DNA of 64,000 nucleotides from the human T2T-CHM13v2.0 reference genome, Homo sapiens. Position numbers and translations under genes: made by a program. Of the stretch, positions 1 through 17,537 are shown piece by piece (positions within the stretch are counted from its first letter, which is position 1; each line of letters starts with the position of its first letter). The notes beneath the pieces were generated by a model, which was not told the origin of the DNA, ran no database searches, and saw only the letters and a program-made list of their open reading frames with translations. The stretch is taken from the NCBI RefSeq assembly GCF_009914755.1, contig NC_060941.1; one strand, given 5' to 3'.

Positions 1-707
1 AGGTGCTTGATAAGAGCCCCTGATCTAGTGGGAACTGGAGGCAGTGAACAATGAAAGGTATTAACTTGGCTCTGAAGTGCAGTCAGGTATGTGACCCCAT
101 ACTCTGCAATCCCAAAATCACTCAGCTGCCAATCACACTAGCTTAGGCTTTGAAAAGTCTAAGGGCACAGTATTGTTTGTTCTCAACTGCCATGAAGCAG
201 TTGGCTTTAAGAGACTGGTATCCCTCCCTCTCCACTCCAGCCTGTTTGAGGGCTGCTGCACAGTGTTGTGTACCAGGAGATGTTTCTAGGTGTGTGGGGG
301 TTGGAGATGTGAGTAGTGCCGATGAGTTGCGTGAGTTGCTGTGCTGTTCATAGATTATGTGAATTCTTCATTGTCGTAATGATTTTCACGGTTTTGAGGC
401 AGCCACACAGTCATTGTGCCTGGGAGATTCACAATTGGCCAGCTGAAGAAGAGGTTGATTTTGTTTAGTATCCGTGTATTCCAGACTGCATAGCCTCGGG
501 GGAAGGCAGGCAGGTGACTCTTTTTATTTGGGGGGGGGTGAGGAGTCAGGAGTTTGTCTACCATCAGGTCTTAATAAGAGGCACAAGTTCCCATACCTCC
601 TGGGCTACCCCAGTCCTGGTTACTTCCCGTTGTGATGGCCCAATCCCTGTGTGCAGGCGAATCTTGTTAGGCATCCAGTTTCTGATGCTGTTATCTGCCT
701 TCAGGCA

Positions 708-710
<3 letters not shown>

Positions 711-748
<38 letters not shown>
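711..748. repeat. (CA)n microsatellite, ~19 units
   Basis: Direct reading. Confidence 0.97.
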
Positions 749-750
<2 letters not shown>

Positions 751-1695
751 CTGATGCAGCCACAGGTTAGATTTTTCCCTCTTAGTTATTGTGTCCAGAC
801 ATATTGGTAGGATACATTTATTTGAATTAATGAAAGCTGCGATTTAGCTTCAAAAAGGACTCTATCCAAATTCAACTTCCACTGTAGCCCTTCTTGCTAA
901 AGGTGTGCCTTATGGGAGCATCAAGCGTGGGATTTTAAAAATTAACTTTAATAATGTTCAGTTTGGCCAAGCAACTCACATTCAGAATGTTTAGTTTTGA
1001 GCATATGGAGAAAAGAAAGCAACAAAAGGATGGCAAGGGATAAGATGTCCCAGGATTGGAAAAGCCAGAAGGAAGAGATGTTGAAGTGAGATTCAGATGG
1101 AGGATGTGATCAATTCCCATTGTAAATTACCTTGGCATTTCCTTAGGGTTTGTCAGGCAAACCACTAGGTGCTCTGACAACTGCATTCCCCTGAGCATAA
1201 AAAGGTATAAAGTTTTGGAAAAGGAAGAAGCATCATTTTCAACTTGAGCCTGTAATGATGGAAAGCCAGCCAGGGCCTGCAGGCTAAAGATATTTTTTAG
1301 AGTTGTTAGTTTTCAGTGACATTGTCCTTAACAAAAGGTGATACACTTGAGTCTGTGAAGTATTGTACTGCCTGAGTTTGTTTACCTGGGAGCTGTGGAT
1401 ATAGCACTGGAGAGCTTAAAAGTAAATCAGAATTTGCTATTCTCTTGTCGCCAATTTGCCAATGGCTTCCCATTGCCCTTCAGATATAATCTAATTCCTT
1501 TCCTTGTAGGCACCACACGGCTTGTCCTACTCCCCCATCTTCTGCCTCATCTCTTACCAATCCCCAACCTGTCCACTCTGCTTCTTCCTGCTTGAGAAAA
1601 GCTCGCCTTTCTGAGGTTTCTGAAACATGCCATACTTAGGTTTGTCATAGGGCTTTTCTACTGGTAGTAACTCTTTCCAGGATTCTTTCTCCAGA

Positions 1696-1990
1696 TTTTT
1701 CTTTTCTGTTTGAGACAGGGTCTTGCTCTTGCCCAGGCTGGAGTGCAGTGGTGTGATCTGCTCACTGCAACCTCTGCCTCCCTGATTCAAGTGATTCTCC
1801 TGCCTCAGCCTCCCAAGTAGCTGGGATTACAGGCGCACCCCACCACGCCCGGCTAATTTTTGCATTTTTAGTGGAGACGGGGTTTCACCATATTGTCCAG
1901 GCTGGTCTTGAACTCCTGACCTCAGGTGATCTGCCTGCCTCAGCCTCTGACAAGTCTTGGGATTACAGGCATAAGCCACCGTGCCTGGCT
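1696..1990 (-). mobile_element. AluS element
   Basis: Reverse-complement Alu; flanking ctttctcca(g/a)attttt TSD. Confidence 0.93.
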
Positions 1991-2089
1991 CTTTCTCCAA
2001 ATTTTTGCGTGGCTGACTCTCACTTGGTTCTCAGAGCTACTTCCTGACGGACCAGTTATCTAGAACAGCTCCTCCCTTCTCTGCCCCTC

Positions 2090-2270
2090 AGCCTCTCTTA
2101 ATCCCCTTAACTTTATTTTCTTCAAAGCACTTTAATACCGTCTGGAAATATATTATCTACCTGTTTGCCGACACGGAAGCTTGAGAGCTTCTCTGTCTTG
2201 CTTGCTGCTGAAAATGCTTGGTGTGGAGTAGACACTGGATAAGTATTTGTTGGTTGAATGCGTGAATGAC
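2090..2270 (+). mobile_element. L2 3' end fragment
   Basis: Ends ataagtatttgttggttgaatgcgtgaatga, resembling the L2 3' terminus. Confidence 0.55.
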
Positions 2271-2599
2271 CAAGAGAACCAAGGTTTAGAATCTCTAGAG
2301 GAGGAAATATACTTTAAGAGGAAAAGATAATTCTCTTTTTCTGGGATAATATAGTATGCTCTCAGAATTACTTTCACTTGCACTATTTCTGCTTTTCACA
2401 ATAGTTTTCATTCCTTTATTCCATTTATAGGTTGGCAAAGCCTCCAAAAGCTCCATTGTTATTTTGTTGTCATTAATAATAAACAACTCTTACCTACCCC
2501 AGTAACCTTATTCTAGGCCTCGCTGTTTGTTTTCTTCTAACAAATGTTAGCATTTCTATCAGTAATCACATTTCATTAATACCAGGAGGCACTATATGT

Positions 2600-2815
2600 G
2601 GGGCTAAGAGCCTGGACTTTGGAATCAGAAAGACCTGGATAATTAGCTCTGTGACCTTGGCAATCTACTAAAATTCTCTAAATCTTTGTTCCTTATTTTT
2701 AAAATGGTACTAATAATAGTTTGCATCACACGGGACTGATGGGAGGATTAAATGAGACTGCAGGGGAAACCAGGTACAGAGCCTGGCACCTAAGCACTCA
2801 GTGCTAGCTATTAAT
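2600..2815 (+). mobile_element. MIR element
   Basis: ctctgtgaccttggcaa...aaaatgg...aataatag...ggaggattaaatgaga MIR core. Confidence 0.7.
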
Positions 2816-3257
2816 AACAGCACTAATATTAATAGGTGGATTCCCCTCTCTCTGGCTCAGAGGAATCCATTCTCAATCCATTGATTTGGGAGTGGACAGT
2901 GTGTGGTGGGGTCAGAGGAGGACTTCTTAATATAAGTAAGTAAAGACTGAAAATGCCACTTACATCTATTTGAACTGGAATGGAATTTAGAAACCATGTA
3001 TTCGCAAGCTGACTGCTGCCCAACACCCACCTGGAAGAAGTAACAGTTACAGAAGTTTTTGGAAGGACGAGTTTTCTATCTGCTCCTGTGGCGATTCTTG
3101 GTTTTAGACTTGATTAGGCTGGGCCATCTGCATGTGCCATTATGTCAGCCCCTCCGTTGTTATTTTTACCGAGTTGGGCTTCAGTGTCTGCCCTTTGCTT
3201 TATGGAAGGACACTGTCAGAAATAGCTTTATATAACTTGTTACTGTAATTCTTATAA

Positions 3258-3630
<373 letters not shown>

Positions 3631-5839
3631 GGGAGAAATTCTTTTAGAACCTAATGTCTCTGAAAAGCTTTGCCTCTCCTGAAAACCTGGTATGCTTTTT
3701 CTTTTGTGGAAATTGGAAATTTATAGCATGATAAATGCTATAAATGCTATAAATGATAAATGCTTTTTGCTTTGGCTACCAGGAAGTACAGAGTGAAATT
3801 TGTGGCTTGATTTTAGTGACTAAGTAGGGCCCTGCATCCTAATTTTTTCTAGTGTTAACCTTGTAATTTTTGTTTTCTATTAATTAGGTATATACTGGGT
3901 TGGGCATTAAAGTCTGTTTAGGTGTTAACATTTTGGAGATATACACACTGAGGTTCAAACAGACAAAAAGGACTTGCTTTAAGACATAGTGCTAATTAGG
4001 GCAAAGCGGAAGCTATAAACCATACCTTCTGTTTCCCAGACCCAGGCCTCTTCCTACTGCTGCGCATTCTGGAATAATACCAGCTCCTCATCTAAACCCT
4101 AAATAGCCCATGTCTCCATTCTAGGCAGAGTCTACCTTCTCTCTGAAACGAGACAGAGCAGCATTCTGCTTGCGAGGTGCAGCAGTGCCACCTGCATTCC
4201 TGTTACCTGGATGGCTCAGCAATACCTGGGTCTCCTGAGCTACAGAGGAGTCAGCCCTCCCCTGTGGTCTTAAAAGCAGTGTGTCTAGACTGAGTGGCTT
4301 TGATTCGAAACTGGATTGCTGGCTCCACGTGAGCTTACCCTCCAGTGTCTGGAGTTCCTTTGTCTGTTTCTCACTGGGAAAGGAAGGCTTGACATCCAGT
4401 TGGCAGATGGGTGCCACTGAGGCTCAAACATGATCTTCTGGGTGTGAATGGTGACCAAGTTCAGTTGCACCAGAGAAAGTGGCTTTGTTTTACCTGATAC
4501 GAAATTTTTAGTTCTAGGAAATACTGACCTTTCTAGTGATTGGTATTTTGTTTTCTCAAGACATTCTGTTCAGGAGTACCTGAGGCAAATAAGTGTAGGC
4601 ACGGAACAGATCCTGCCCATCAGGAATATTTTGATCCCTATTTTTGAGATGGATTGGTGAAGAATGAAGAGGATTTACACATACAGAAACATTCCATGGG
4701 AAACAGTTGTGCAGAGGCACTGAGGTGTGAATATAAGAGGGAGTGTATGGGGAATGTTCAGGAAGCACGTGAGATGGGGAAAGAGGGCACTGGGATGTAG
4801 TTCTCAGCTACCATGGCTGCAGATAGAGCACTCCGTGGGAGTGGACTGTGACTTCCTTCACAGTAAGGGTGAAGAGCACTGCACAATGGCTAATTGCCTC
4901 AGATCATAGGCGTCTCCAGGAGGGAGGCTATCTCTAGGGATTCTCGAAGCTGGCTGCCTTAAGAATTCATCGTCCTGCTAAAGGCCTACAAAATCAGAAT
5001 TTTCAGGATGGGGAATTTGTAACAAAAACAAGAAAATAGTAACAACCCCTGAAAAACTGTTTCCCAGGTTCTTCTAAAGCAGCCAACCCCACACATGACT
5101 GAGGTCTGGAAACCACTGAGGTCGTGCTTGATCCCTCTGGCAGGAGCTACCAAGCAGCCTTGGCTTTTGGCCCCCTTGCCCTTGCTCTTTCTATTTTTGC
5201 TTTTTCCTTTGTGTTGCCCCTACACGTCATCCAGGATATCTGCGCCCCCCACCCCCACCCCCACCCCAACGCCTTGTTTCTTCTTTTACCACTTCGGTCT
5301 TTGTCTGTTGGGGGTCCCTCCCTACATTGACCCATTGCCAAATGAACCATAAGAGAGAAATGAATTAACTTTCAGGACAGGTTACGTTAATGGTATGAAC
5401 GTGCACATTACATAAACCTAAATTAAATAGGGCTTGCAGTTTGTTTTGCTCGCGGGGCTCTTTTTTTCTGTTAGGATTTGAGGAAAAGTTATCCCCACAC
5501 TTAACTGCAGCCTTAAAGCTAAGTGCTTCATTAGCAGAGAGGTACAACAAGAGCTGAAAACTCCCTTTTTCTTGTGCCTAATCTGTTGTCCCACCTTCTG
5601 GCTCAGGTTATTCCCATCCCTCATTTGTTTTCTCCCATTTCGGCAATTTAATGTTGAAGCATTGAGCTGAGAGTCTGAGGGTGTTTAGAGAGAACTTGAC
5701 GTCTTCATTTTGCATTATGTTGAGTTGACTTAGACTCTCCCATTCTGCTTGAAGCTCTGGAAGGAATTCAGGGACTGAGAATACACTTCCTCAGACTCTT
5801 CTCTGGCTGGTTTGGGGAGGAAGGATCTACTTGCAAGGG

Positions 5840-5980
5840 ACGGGGGATTTGAATCCTGGTTTTGGTCCTCTCTAATTGTGTGATCTTGGGCAAATTGTTC
5901 CTTTTTCTGTGTCTGGAAAGCAGGGGTCATCATCATAATGCCTGTCTCCCTGGGTTGTTGTGAGGATTAATTGAGATATG
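5840..5980 (+). mobile_element. MIR fragment
   Basis: tttgaatcctgg...tgtgtgatcttgggcaaatt...gggttgttgtgaggattaa. Confidence 0.6.
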
Positions 5981-6251
5981 ACCCCTCATAGACGCATAAC
6001 AGGGAATTAATAAATTGTAGAATCCTGGAGGTTTATCTGCAGTTGTTCCAGGGTCTCTCTCCCAAACTGCCCCCACTTCCTACCTTCCTCCAACCAAGGC
6101 TTACTGAGCTTTCTGAGCTCCTCTTGCCAAGCTTTGGGCTGCGTATGAGGGCTGATTAACCAGACATGGTCTCATGTCTGATTAACCATGGCCAGGAATG
6201 GTTTGCAATCTAGTGGGAAGTCTGACTGAGAAACAACTAATTTTGTGGAAC

Positions 6252-7155
<904 letters not shown>

Positions 7156-7184
7156 TGTTTTGCGGAACTTTAAAAAATTAAGGT

Positions 7185-7938
<754 letters not shown>

Positions 7939-10220
7939 CTATCTGCTATTCCCATTCAGAGAAGAAACCCAGAAATGTGCTGTAGAGTGAGTCTCCTCCC
8001 TTTCCCACCCCACCGCCTTTCCTCTCCCTCAGTAAATGGCACCACTGGATGACAGTTTAATAATTCCCAGAACAAAATAACTTCCAACTTTGGGCTGGCG
8101 ATGGCTGGGTCTTTAGACATATAAGCAACCTTTTGAAAGTGCCTCTTCCCTTTTTTGCTCTTCAGTTTTTAAAAAGTTCAATTTCCAAATTCCAATTGCG
8201 GAAAGGCGGGGAGCCCAGCCACAGATGTCAGAGTCTAGAGTTTTGGATTTATTTGAATTGGGAGATTAAAGTCAGAAAGCCAAAGGCATGCTGACAGCTG
8301 AACAACAGAATTGTATTGGCAGATTTAGGATGGGTGGTTTGTAGCTAATTGGGGCCCCAGCTGTGCCCTGGGGGACCAGCAGTTTAAAGAGAAATCAAGG
8401 TCACACAGTGCCCAAAGTCTACAACACATTCATGTATTCAGCAGATATTTGAATGTGGGAAACACAGATGACAATCAAATAATCACCTCAGTAAAAGTAC
8501 AGCTGTGGATAGTGCTATATGTGTGGCATAGGGGAGCCTGACTTAGTTGGGGCTGGACGAGGCCAGGGGGAGGGTTCCCTGGTGCAGTAACTTCTGAAGA
8601 TAGGCCGTATCTCTTACCCTATTTTCCAAGACCTTCTTTTCTTCCTAGATCTTGTAAATGGCTGTTTTTCATTATACTTTAAGTATAGCCCTGTCTGGGG
8701 ACAGAAAGATGGACCAGATTTTTCTCTGGGTCACAGATCATGGGAAAAATCTATTTGTTTTGTTTTAACCAGGATTATCATCTCTGAGCATGATCAAATA
8801 CAAAAGGAAGGACTGGTGTTGAAGGGCGGCAGTCTCTTGGGGCTGGAGGAAAAGGGCACATTTGGCTCTCTCGTCTGCATAGTCAAGGCAGGGTTGAGGG
8901 ATCCCTTGCCTTCTTGGTTTGAATCAAGTCTGACACTTCATTTTTTTGTGACTCATTCTTGCCTGGGGTAGCAGTTCAGACTGTCCTGGGGGTTTTGTGG
9001 GGACCACCTTGGAAGAAGACTCCTAGGTTGGAACTCTAAGCTTTTCACTAGGGGTCTGGAAGTCCCTGCCCGCCTGGGAGGGTCACTTGGGAAGCTAACC
9101 CAAGGGAGCATACACAGACTGTGTGAAGGGCAGAGCAGGAAACGTTTCTGCTGTCAGACAGCAGCCAGGTAAAAGCATCAGAGGCTTGTGTGGTGTGGCT
9201 TATCTGGGTAATTTCATGGCCCTACTGAGTTTCATACTCTATCTGCTGGCCCAAATGAGTTGGCATCACAAGAGTTTACTGGCTTTTTAACTTTGTAGAG
9301 CATTAATGGTGTGTAAGTCCCATGTAATGCCCAGATTGGATATTTTAAATGTACTGGAGAGTGGCAAACTGAGTAAGGTGATTTAAAAAATACCAGCTTT
9401 ACATGGCAGTGTGGTTTCACTGATGGCCATTCATTTTACTCAGTTAACATTTATCAAGGATTTCCAGTATGCTGGAGCTGTGAGTCCTGTAGACACTACT
9501 GGGGGTGGGGTTGGGGGGATCTGGAAGGCCGGACCTTTGACTGCAAGAAGTTCCCAGTCTTATGGGGATAGAGACTCATGAACAGTGTGATAAAATGCCA
9601 TTCCAGAGAAAAATTAAGTTTTTTGTGTGCTGGGAGAAGGGACCACCAGCTCTGTTAGGGTCCTACTGGAGCTGAGTATTAAGGGATGAGCAGGCATTTA
9701 CTCATCCCTTAACGAATAAGGTAGGCAGAGAAGGGTAGGGTAAGGCATTATAGGAGCTGGAATAATGTAAGGAGCACAGGATAATGACTGAGTTTGATCT
9801 GTAGGAAACAGGTTTGGAGTAGGGTGGGGAGGTGATGACAATATAAGGAGAGTTGGACCCAGGCTCTTGGTGCCACCTGAAGGGTTGGACCACATCTTGT
9901 AAGCTACTAGGAAACCACTGGAGGTTTTGAAATGTGAAAGTGTGTGATCAGGTTGTGTTTTATAAACAGAATTCTAGAATGGGCTGGAGAGGTAAGAGCT
10001 GAGTCAGGGAGACCTATGGGAAGCTGTCGCAGTAGTCCAGGATGAGAGAAGATGGGGTTCACAGTGCTGCTGCTGGTGACTGAGGGTGGCAATGGGAGGG
10101 TGCATCTAGGAAGCAGAACCAACTGTCTAGGGGACAAATGAAGTATGACATAGAAGGGAGAGCATAAAGGGGGTTTCCTGCTTGGGCAACTGGAAGCAGG
10201 AACAGAATTGGAATGAAGGT

Positions 10221-10971
<751 letters not shown>

Positions 10972-11035
10972 TTATGATAAATGATATTCATGAAGCATTG
11001 CCAGAAGGCTCTGTAGCTCTTCCATCCCTCTAGAG

Positions 11036-11250
11036 CAGTGGTCCCCAACCTTTTGGCACCAGGGACCGGTTTTGTGGAAGACAATTTTTCCACGGATGTG
11101 GGGGATGGTTTTGGGATGAAACTGTTCCACCTCAGCTCATCAGGCATTAGTTAGATTCTCATAAGGAGTGCACAACCTAGATCTCTGGCATGCACAGTTC
11201 ACAATAGGGTTCGCACTCCTATGAGAATCTAATGCCGCCACTGACCTGAT
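11036..11250 (-). mobile_element. MER1B (hAT-Charlie) partial
   Basis: cagtggtccccaaccttttggcaccagggaccggttt terminus and internal attagattctcata...tatgagaatctaat palindrome. Confidence 0.85.
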
Positions 11251-13249
11251 GGGGCGTTTTGAAGGCTGACAGAGGAATACTTTCTCCTGAGGCAGGATTC
11301 GGCAGGCAGAGCATCACTACTACATGGAACCAGGACTTTAAAGGCTGAAAGAATTCTAGAGATCATGTAGGATTATCATCTGACGTATAAGCCCCCGAAA
11401 CCAAGACTAGACCCTGCATCCAGGGTTGAGATGAATGGTTGTTTTTGTTTATGAAGGAGCGTGGTTTCTTGAGTATCCAAGCTGGTTTTTATTACCAGCT
11501 GGATGGATGTGAAGTCCCACCTGGTTCCAGTGCTGTAAAAGAGGTGTCTAGAAAATGATGATTTTCCTGTGGGCCTTGCACATCAGCTCCTTGGCAGCTT
11601 TAATAGACGATTTTCAGAGAAGTTTTAGCAGTGGCCCCGTCCTGAGATTAGTAGAGTCAGTGTAGACCACAGAGATAACTTTTTCAATACAGTAAGTGAT
11701 GGAGTGGTCTGTGTTAGGAATGACAGCAATAATATCAGGTCCCCAGCTAAGCCACAGAAGCCTACTTAAACCACAATGTACCTTTAAGTCGATTAGTTTA
11801 GGCCCTAACCTCCTAACCACCGTGAGTCAACCTGGGGGACGGGAACGCCATTCCTTTTGGTCTTGTGAATAGGAACAATTCCTGTGCTTTTTCTCCCTCA
11901 CTGGTAAGGGTGACTGTAGCTAATCGGGATTATTGAGTATTAGCCATGTGCTGGGTGCTGTGCTGAATACTCCAATTGCGTTATCTCATTTCATCCTTCT
12001 GTCTCCTGCAGGAGGTAGGCTCTATTGTTATCTCCTTTCAGGCAATTTGCCCAGTGGTAATGTAGCTGGTGAGAAGAACCAAGACGGAATCCAGGTCCAC
12101 CCACCTTTAGATCCTGCACTCTTAACCGCTGGGCAACACTGCTGCCCACCTCTCTCATTGGGCGGGCACAGGTCTCTCTGTGCTCTCTGCTCTAGGCTCA
12201 GGATTCTGGGGAGAGTAGGATGGGGAAGGAGGACAACTTTCCCAGTATAAAGGCCTTCTCACAATTCCACCTCTCTCTTTTTTCTGTCTCCCACTCCCAG
12301 AAGTAGCTTGCCTCCTCCTTTCTGCCGCCACCACCATTTAGTGCCTCCAGCCAGGGCTGCTTTCATTCTTCACAGATGTTGGGACAGGCTATGGCTACTT
12401 AGTCACGTTCCTACCCTCCCGTCCTTAAAGTTAGCACAAGGTCCCTTTCAGTCTTTCTAAGAGTTTTTAATTTGTTTGTTTTTTAAACCTAGACCAGCAG
12501 TGTAAAGAATAGGCATGGATGCCAATGACAGGCCTTTGAGTGGCACCCAGGAATTGTGGTTTTCCTGGGCATCACAGCACGGGATGAGAGTGGAGGTGGT
12601 GAGGAGAGAATTGGGTTAGATGGAGTCTCGGGACGCAGAGTAAGTTCGCCTCCTTCCTCCTTGCTTGGAGAGGGAGGGAGGGGCCTTATCACATGTGCTA
12701 CCTGTGCAGGTAGGTGGACCTGTCCAGTGAGCAGCCAATGGGAAGCAGAGGAGGTTCAGTTCAGTGATGGTGTTTAGCTTCTACTGTGTGTCCTGTGCTG
12801 CTGAGTTCATGGGGTACAAAGATGACTCTTGGAGCCTACCTCTAGTAGAGGATACAGAGGCAGAAAGGGTAATTTCAATTTCAGTAGGGTTAAGATGGAG
12901 GTGAGCACAGGAGAGGCCACTAAGCCCGGTGTTGAGGTGACATTTGAGCTGAGTTTCAATGGACAAGTAAGGGCCTTGTGAGGAGAGATGGAAAGGTTGT
13001 ATCAGCCTGAAGGAATGGCATCAGCAAAACCATGGAAGCGTAAAGTGCAAGCGTGGTGTACTGAGGGGACCTACAAGGAGTGGTACAAGTTGCCAAATGC
13101 CTCCTAAGAGAGTTCCTGACACATGGTAGACTCTTAAATGTCATTTCAATAAATGGAGATGGAGGATAAGGTATAGAGGATGAGATGAGTCCGAAGCTAT
13201 GCATGGGCGTTAGTGGTAATACACACCTGGAATGTATTATGTGGTTACT

Positions 13250-13430
13250 ACATGCCAGGCACATATGCTGAATACTTTTCTACTAACTTAGTTCATCCTC
13301 ATATGAGCCCTATGAAGTAGATATTATTGTCTCTATTTTTTGTGAGGAAAGTGAGGTCCAGAGAGGTTAGGTAATTTGTCCAAGGTCACACAGCTAGTAA
13401 ATGACAGAGCTGAGATTTGAAACTAGTTCC
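13250..13430 (-). mobile_element. MIR element
   Basis: gaggaaagtgaggtccagagaggttaggtaatttgtccaaggtcacacagctagtaaatgacagagc. Confidence 0.75.
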
Positions 13431-13439
13431 AGGTCCTTT

Positions 13440-13567
13440 TTTTTCTTTTTTCTTTTTAGGGTTTCACTGTGTTGCCCAGGCTAGTCTCATACTCCTGGCC
13501 TCAAGCAGTCCTTCTGCCTCAGCCTCCCGAAGTGTTGGGATTACCGACATGAACCACTGTGTCCAGC
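13440..13567 (-). mobile_element. Alu monomer (FLAM)
   Basis: Left-arm Alu sequence with T tail. Confidence 0.85.
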
Positions 13568-15046
13568 CGGTCCTGTCTTTTTAACCACTGCTCTGTGTTG
13601 CCTTTCTGAAAACTTTAAGAGTGATGACGTGGTCAGATCTCCTTTTTAAATAGACAACACTGGCTGGCATGCAGTGGGTGGATTTGAGGGGGAAAGAGGC
13701 CCAAAGGCCTGCCAGGGCTGTATAAGTCAGAGATGCTTACCTTCAGGCTGTTGAGAGCATGGCCACTGAGGAAGCACCTCTTAGAAGGACCTCAATACTA
13801 ACGCATGCCTGTGGTTCCTCCAATATTATTGCCGCCTTGTCTCATCTTGAAAAGAGAATTCTAGATTTGGGGAGATGTCCCAGTGGTATCATCTCAAAGA
13901 GATGCTTGAAGACAAGTTAAAGGATCCTAATGGAAGGGGCAGGCTGGAATTTGGCTACACACAGGCATCAGGTTCAACATAAATAGGAAAGAGGAAAAAT
14001 AGGATGTTCCCAAAGGACCCCAAACTCCATGTCTGTCTGAACTCTCAGGCCTTCTCCTTTTTCTTTTTCTTTCTTTTTTTTTAAGCAGCAGCATCTGTTT
14101 TTCTCCCCCATTGGCCATTAAAAATAATAGATGAAATTTTGGTGTGTATTGTGCGCCAGCTCTGTGTAAGCACTGAGATCATCTCACTTAACACCTAGAA
14201 CCCCTGTGGAGGTTGGTCTTATTAGAGATAGGGAAGCTGAGGGTCAGAGTGGTTTCGTAACTTGCCAGAAGTCACGCAGCTAGAAAGGAGCAGAACTGGT
14301 TTGTGTGAGTCCAGAGCCCACTTCTTTTCCAGTCTTCACCTCCTCTCAGACACCCCATGGAAACAACAACACAGAGGCATGCCTTGGGGCCAGCCTTGTC
14401 TCATGTCTGGAGGAATTCCTTCCTGTAGAGAGTCCCACTTCTCAGGTCAGTTTCCGTGGCTCGGCATGTGGTGGTCCAGCCTTGCTTCCACATCATTCCT
14501 CACGTTCCTTTGTGGCTTAACAAGAGCGTCCCATCTCCCGCCCCTCCATCCTGGTGGCACTCAGAAGGTTCTGTTTTGAGTTCCAGCGGCAGTTACTCCC
14601 TTTTGGGGAAGGCCTGTTGGCCGGGGAGGCGGCGTGGGGTGGGGGCTGGCCAGGTTGGCATGTGCTCCCTGTGCATTTGTCTCTCGAGGTGGTGTATCGA
14701 AGATCTTTGTTTTTAATCATAATATCTCACATATTTTCTTTCTGTGCTGCTCAGTGAAAGCTAGCTAGGGGTGGCGGCAAATCTTCCTTTAATTTCCACT
14801 GTGATGGATTATTAGTTCACTTAAAATGGTGTTTAATTTGCACATGTGCCCTGAGGCTTTTAAATATTAAGCTCATTTGATGACTGTTGGAAATCAATTT
14901 GGAACTCCACAGTTATGTTCTATGAGTTGGACTCATGAAGCCCCATGGACCCTGTTGCCCCATTAACAGGGGCTAAAGTTCAAAAATTAGAATGATGAGT
15001 TAAGCTCCATACTCTTAATTTCTTCCTTTAAAAAAAAATCAATTTT

Positions 15047-15389
<343 letters not shown>

Positions 15390-15490
15390 TTAAAAGGGAA
15401 GAAGACAGTGCAGATGTTGATTTTTTGGTCCCCATCTCTCAGCTTGTTCCTCTCATGCAGCCTGCCCTCCCCTTTCTCAGCCCACAGGCC

Positions 15491-16501
<1,011 letters not shown>

Positions 16502-17233
16502 TTTTCCTTTTTTCTTCTTAGGAAAGGAGTCCCTCTCTAGGATGCCTGTTTATTCATATTTAAGAGCAATGGGGAGCAGAGTGACCCTGCCACAGCAAAA
16601 TGTAAGGCTTCTTGTCTAGGCCTTCCAGAGCCTTTCTAGCACCAGACAGCCTGGGCCATTGCTTATATGGTAGATTTTTCTCTTGTCTTTTTAGGTTCAG
16701 AGCTGTGGTGAGGATGGAATGTGCATGTGTGTGTTTGTATGTGACACACTCACATTTAATACAAACAAGAAATGCTTATTTCACAGAAGGTAGCTTTGAA
16801 TAAGTTTCGGGATTCAGATTTGAAGCTGAACATAACCAGAAACTTCTACCTGTAAACTTTTTTTGGGGGTTTCCTTCAGAGGAGAAGTGAGAGAAGAAAT
16901 AATTCTACTCTGGGGAAATGTATAATTTAGAAGCTGTCTGCATGTATAAGAAAACAGACTCTGTATCTGCTCTCTAAACTCAGCCTGGCAGCCAGGGTCA
17001 TTGTTTCTTTTTCTCCCCTCTGTGTTTGTGTAAGACGGATGGGTCTGGTGCTCTTTGTGCTCCCCAGCGGGCAGCTAAGGCTGTGGACTCTAGCAGCATT
17101 TGGCCTGGGGGAAGCCTACTGCTTGTTTTCCCCTGCCTGTCTTTCCTATTTCCTTACTCTAACTCACCACCCCTTCCTTTCCTGGATGTGCTGTCTATCC
17201 TGAAATGGAACAGGAGTATTAGAAAGGTGGAAG

Positions 17234-17537
17234 GGCCAGGTGCGGTGGTTCACACCTGTAATGCCAGCACTTTGGGAGGCTGAGGTGGGTTGATCACCTG
17301 ATGTCAGGAGTTCAAGACCAGTCTGGCCAACATGGTGAAACCCTGTCTCTACTAAAAATACAAAAATTAGCCAGGCGTGGTGGCGGGCGCCTGTAATTCT
17401 AGGTACATGGGAGGCTAAGGCAGGAGGATTGCTTGAACCCGGGAGGCGGAGGTTGCCGTGAGCCGAGATCATGCCACTGTACTCCAGCCTGGAAGACAGA
17501 GTGTGAGACTCTGTCTTAAAAAAGAAAGAAAAAGAAA
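17234..17537 (+). mobile_element. AluS element
   Basis: Full sense Alu; TSD-like agaaaggt on both sides. Confidence 0.94.

Noticed and set aside
3731-3763. ataaatgct tandem repeat; similar micro-duplications inside Alus (~15604, ~29675, ~36305, ~46290)
   Set aside because: Ordinary replication slippage
11143-11236. Long imperfect hairpin
   Set aside because: Explained by the internal palindrome of MER1B
13623-13632. gatgacgtgg UPRE/CREB3-like motif
   Set aside because: Single motif within degraded repeat-like sequence with no supporting context
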